DNA of 64,000 bases from the human T2T-CHM13v2.0 reference genome, Homo sapiens. Below, in pieces: positions 59,646-64,000 of this stretch (the stretch's first letter is position 1; each line of letters begins with the position of its first letter). Under the pieces are notes generated by a model that was not told the origin of the DNA, ran no database searches, and worked only from the letters and a program-made list of their open reading frames with translations. Where the stretch lies: the NCBI RefSeq assembly GCF_009914755.1, contig NC_060939.1; one strand, written 5' to 3'. The translations under genes were made by a program, and so were the position numbers.

Positions 59646-60012
59646 CAGAAAAACTCAACAAAAGGAAAAACAGTAAGTTACGGTGGAGTATCCTGCCAGG
59701 TAACAGCTTAGCTAGGTGACCAAGGCTAGCATCACCAGTAACGAGACATAATGACCACATCACCTCTGTGGTATCCTTCCCAATAACGCGGAACCTCAAT
59801 CTAGTCGTGAGAACACATCAGACAAACCCAAAGGCAAACTAATAGACTGGTACTCTTCAAAAGCGTCAAGGTCATGAAAGAAAAGGAAAGGCTGAGGAAC
59901 TGTTATTGGAGGAGACCAGAGACATGACAACTAAACGTGAAATAGGATCCTGGTATACAGAAAGGACATTGACGGAAAAACTGGTGAAATCTAAATGTAT
60001 TTTACCTAATAG

Positions 60013-60381
<369 letters not shown>

Positions 60382-60538
60382 GTGTAAGATGTTAACATAA
60401 CAGGAAGTTGGCTGAAAGGCATATAGTATTTTTTGTAAGTTTTAAGAGTTACAATTGTCTTACAACAAAAAGTTAAAAAATAACACAATTTTTTAAAAAT
60501 GACGGGACAACTCTACACTAGTCCTGACTAACTCCAAG

Positions 60539-60592
60539 ACACACACACACACACAGACACACACACATACATACATATATATATATATATAT
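60539..60592. repeat. Compound (CA)n(TA)n microsatellite
   Basis: Direct reading. Confidence 0.9.
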
Positions 60593-62589
60593 CCAGTAAA
60601 GACGTGTGGAATGTATGAATGGGATGAATACTTTCATCTGTAAACCAGTGCCTGGCAAGCTAAGCAGTCACCAAGTCCAGACATCATAGAAGTGCTTTAT
60701 CAGGGTTGTCTCTTTCCTACCCACATCAACCTTGTGAGACAGACACTTCCTGTTCCCATTTTACAGATGAGGAAATGGGTGGACCTGTTCTAACCCAGAA
60801 CACAGGCTCCTTCCCACTGGTTACACTACCTCTCCATCAGTCCCCAATTTCCTCTTCCCGCTTCCCCTGCAATCATGCATTCTCGGTGTGAGTGTCCATC
60901 CTCTCATCTGCAGTGAGATGGGGCGCTCTGTGCTCAGCGACATGCCGTTCCCTCCGCCTGCAGAGTTCTCCCTGGAAACACTGCTGGGCAGCACGTCCCT
61001 GGGCTTCAGCGACACGTGATGCACTAGAACAGGGTGGAAACACACAAAGGGCGGCTGCCCAGGCCAAATCAGGGGTGGGGGTACTAAGACCTCCTCTCCC
61101 ACTCCCGCCCCCGGCGGCAGTGCTTGAGTTGCGGTGGAAAGTCACAGTCCGTGCACATGGCAAGGAAAATGAAACAGCTCTCTGGTTCTAGCATTTGTCA
61201 CCTCACTGGCTACGCTTACGGTTTGTCAAGAGTCATCCCCAGCATGTTTTGCTGCATAGTTCCTCGAGCGGCTGCATGATGAGCCAGCAGCAAGCATGCA
61301 TCCCTGGAGCGCTGTGAAAACGCGGGAAGGTTTGAGCTGCTCAGATGGCACCATTGCTCACGTACACGAGCCTTCGCCACTTTTCTTCAACTGGTGGTGT
61401 CCCTGTCAAGGACTGTGAAGGTCATGTTGCTGTTCTCTTGCCTCATCCTCTCTGGGCATCTGCTGAGGGTTTGGAGGGCGGCTCTAACTCAAAATGATAC
61501 TGAATGAGATGCTTATATAAAGTCTCTCAAAAATGTGCTGCTGATAACACAAGCCAAAAGAGAGAGAAAATCAACGCTAAGAGCTGGATGAAAAAGTGAC
61601 TCATCCAAATTTTCCACACATACTACTGCAGTGTGAAGTCTTCCCCGGGCCAGCATGCCAGCCCCACTCCTGGAAGGCTTCCTGAGTCCTGGGAGGGCCA
61701 CTCCTTCCATGTTCCTGAGGGCTACAGAGACCGTCACCTGGCTGGGGTTGGGGGCTGCCGGGTGAGGGTGGGGCCCAGGACTTCAGCTGGCAGCAGGGAC
61801 AAGAAAGACAACTCACAACTGGCATGGTGTGGAGAGCTCTCTGAAAAGGCAGTCTACTGTAAACTTTCAAACACTTCTGGAAAATTAGGACCATCTGCTG
61901 CCAAAGTCCAACGGCTCTGAGAGGCTGCAGATGCTGGGCAGGAAGCGGAGACTGAGACAGGCAGGACAGCTTTCAGCCTGGCATGCAAGTCCACGCACTA
62001 CCGTGCAGCCCTGAGAGGGGCAAGGCCAGGCTCCGGGACCCCGCCAGCCACCCATTCTGGCCAGGTCCACCAGCATTAAAGGGACAGACCTCATTTAGAT
62101 GAGCAGTTTCCTAACTAAGCTGGATGGAAGAATCTCCAGGGAAGCTGTACGGAAAGACAGATACCTAAAACCCATCTTCCTGAAGACTTTTAAGACAGAA
62201 AATCTGGAGTAAGACACAGAAACTTCTAACAGTCTCTGGAGGACTCTAGCAATCCACCAGGTTTAAAAATAACTGGCATCAGAGGAACAAACTTTGTTGT
62301 CCCAAGGTAGAATTTTGTCACCCCAAGCATCTCTCTAGCCATCAGATGCCCATGTAAATCTGCAGGACGTGAGAAAGGAGAAAAGCCTGGAGACTGGGAT
62401 TTTGCCCAGGTAGAGGTACTGGACACGGGAAAGCAATCCCTGGGGGTTCCAGGCTCCCAGAGTACCGGGAGGGATGGTGAGGACAGCACAGGGAAAGATA
62501 TGGGAAGGGACAGGCCCATGTGATCTCAGCTAAACAGTGTTTCCTCCTGTCCCTCTGGCTCCAGGCGACAAGGAGGCAGAGAATGGACA

Positions 62590-62800
62590 CTACCTAACAT
62601 TTATTGAGTGTGTGCTACATGCTAAGTGCTTTAATTCAGTTACTACTAACTCTCATGTCTTCACAATGATGGATAAGTAGAGTTTATATTCCCATTTTGC
62701 AGATGAGAAGACTGAGACATAGTGAGACTAGGCAACCTGTTCAAGAACAGAGGCAGAATGGGGCCCTGGGCAGCCTGACTAGAGAGTCCTTCTCAGGCAC
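62590..62800 (-). mobile_element. MIR SINE remnant (another at about 60700-60780)
   Basis: TAACATTTATTGAGTG...CCCATTTTGCAGATGAGAAGACTGAG MIR core. Confidence 0.7.
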
Positions 62801-64000
62801 TGTGTGATCTAGAAAGCATCTCCACACTGTACCAAAAGGCAATTAACGAGAAAAGAGAAAGGAGGGAGTATTACGTAGAAACAATTGTCTAAGACCTTCC
62901 AATGCCTATAACCAGTCTAGATCCTGTCTTCCTGAAATGATTGGCTGACAGCTTTGTGCTCAATAACATTCTTAAACAGCGGCATAACATGCACACCTCG
63001 GGTCCTTGTGAATGCTATGACATACAGGCACATATATGCTCGTGGCAACTAACAAGAAGAGTGTACATCCCTTCCAAGCACTACTGTGTGGCAGCCATGC
63101 CTGGGCTTTGGAGCCACGATGGTGGAATGCATTCCTGGGAAGCAGTAGGGAAAGGGGTGGTGGTCATTAAACAGCACCTTTCAACTGAAAGCCTCCAGGA
63201 CCAGGGTGGTGGTGATGGGGCAGATGAACACCTCTCTCATGTGAGAAAGCGGTGGGACTTTGTGAGGCAGGGATCTCACAGTCAGGACAGGATCCTAACT
63301 GCACCCCTTCTTGCTCCTTCTCTAGCAGCAATACACACTCTTCCTTGCAGCTGACAGCGCCTGCATTGGGCCTTCTCACCCTCTGCTTCACCTGGAAGAA
63401 TATCTGAGCTTAAGTAGCTTGAAAGTGTTGTTAAATAGCAACTTTCTTTTGCAGTGACTTTGCTGACAGACAGGAGAAACTTGTAATCATAAAAAAGACT
63501 GATTGGGCTAATTGCATAAAGTTTATTTCCCCTTTCTAATAAATATTTACCATCCAATGTTTATAACTTTATGTTTGGACTTTCTTGAAATGCTTTATTG
63601 AATTAAAAACATCACATTACCATTGGCTAAAAGAGGAGACAGCTGTATTTGCCAATAACTTTTGCAACAAATGCCAGTTGTTGATGCCAATTTTTTTTCT
63701 AGTTCATATTTCCATAGACAGCTTTGAGCCTTACAATACTAGCATTCTGCAGACAGACATTCAGTGGTGATAGTGTGGGGGCCTCCAGAGTCCTAAGAAT
63801 TAATATGGACTGTATTTTAATTTTTCTCAGTTCTCCGGTATGCAAATGTTTGAGAAACCAGCAACCTGGTTAATATTTGAAGCCTAGACTGCTCCTAAAG
63901 CAATTGCAGAAATGCTCTTCCAAGGTTATTTACCCACACCTTTGAGTAGGGAAATGATGTTTAAATTGATTGGTCTTAAAACAGCTATGAATTGCGAGTG

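Overview
Primate (most likely human) genomic DNA from inside the ADAMTS17 gene, which runs on the minus strand. Five coding exons (102, 146, 167, 128 and 121 nt, all with GT-AG boundaries and matching phases) splice into one continuous frame. That frame encodes the end of the disintegrin-like domain, TSR1, the cysteine-rich domain and the start of the spacer. From recall of the RefSeq structure these are exons 11-15. The rest is intron and dense in transposable elements: the 3' end of a HERV-L provirus with its MLT2A LTR, a full-length but dead L1PA (about L1PA5), about 15 Alus, MaLR LTRs, MER/Tigger DNA elements, old L1M/L2/MIR fragments and two minisatellites. Almost all ORFs in the supplied track are repeat-derived or chance. 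I find no new multi-gene system. The most interesting local signals are: (1) an MLT2A LTR copy with a perfect DUX4 site plus a consensus splice donor, pointing antisense to ADAMTS17; (2) a ~93-bp inverted repeat enclosing a minisatellite built from one of its own arms; (3) an L1 antisense promoter/ORF0 oriented to splice into downstream ADAMTS17 exons; (4) inverted Alus bracketing exons 11-12. Repeat boundaries and subfamily names are by eye and approximate.
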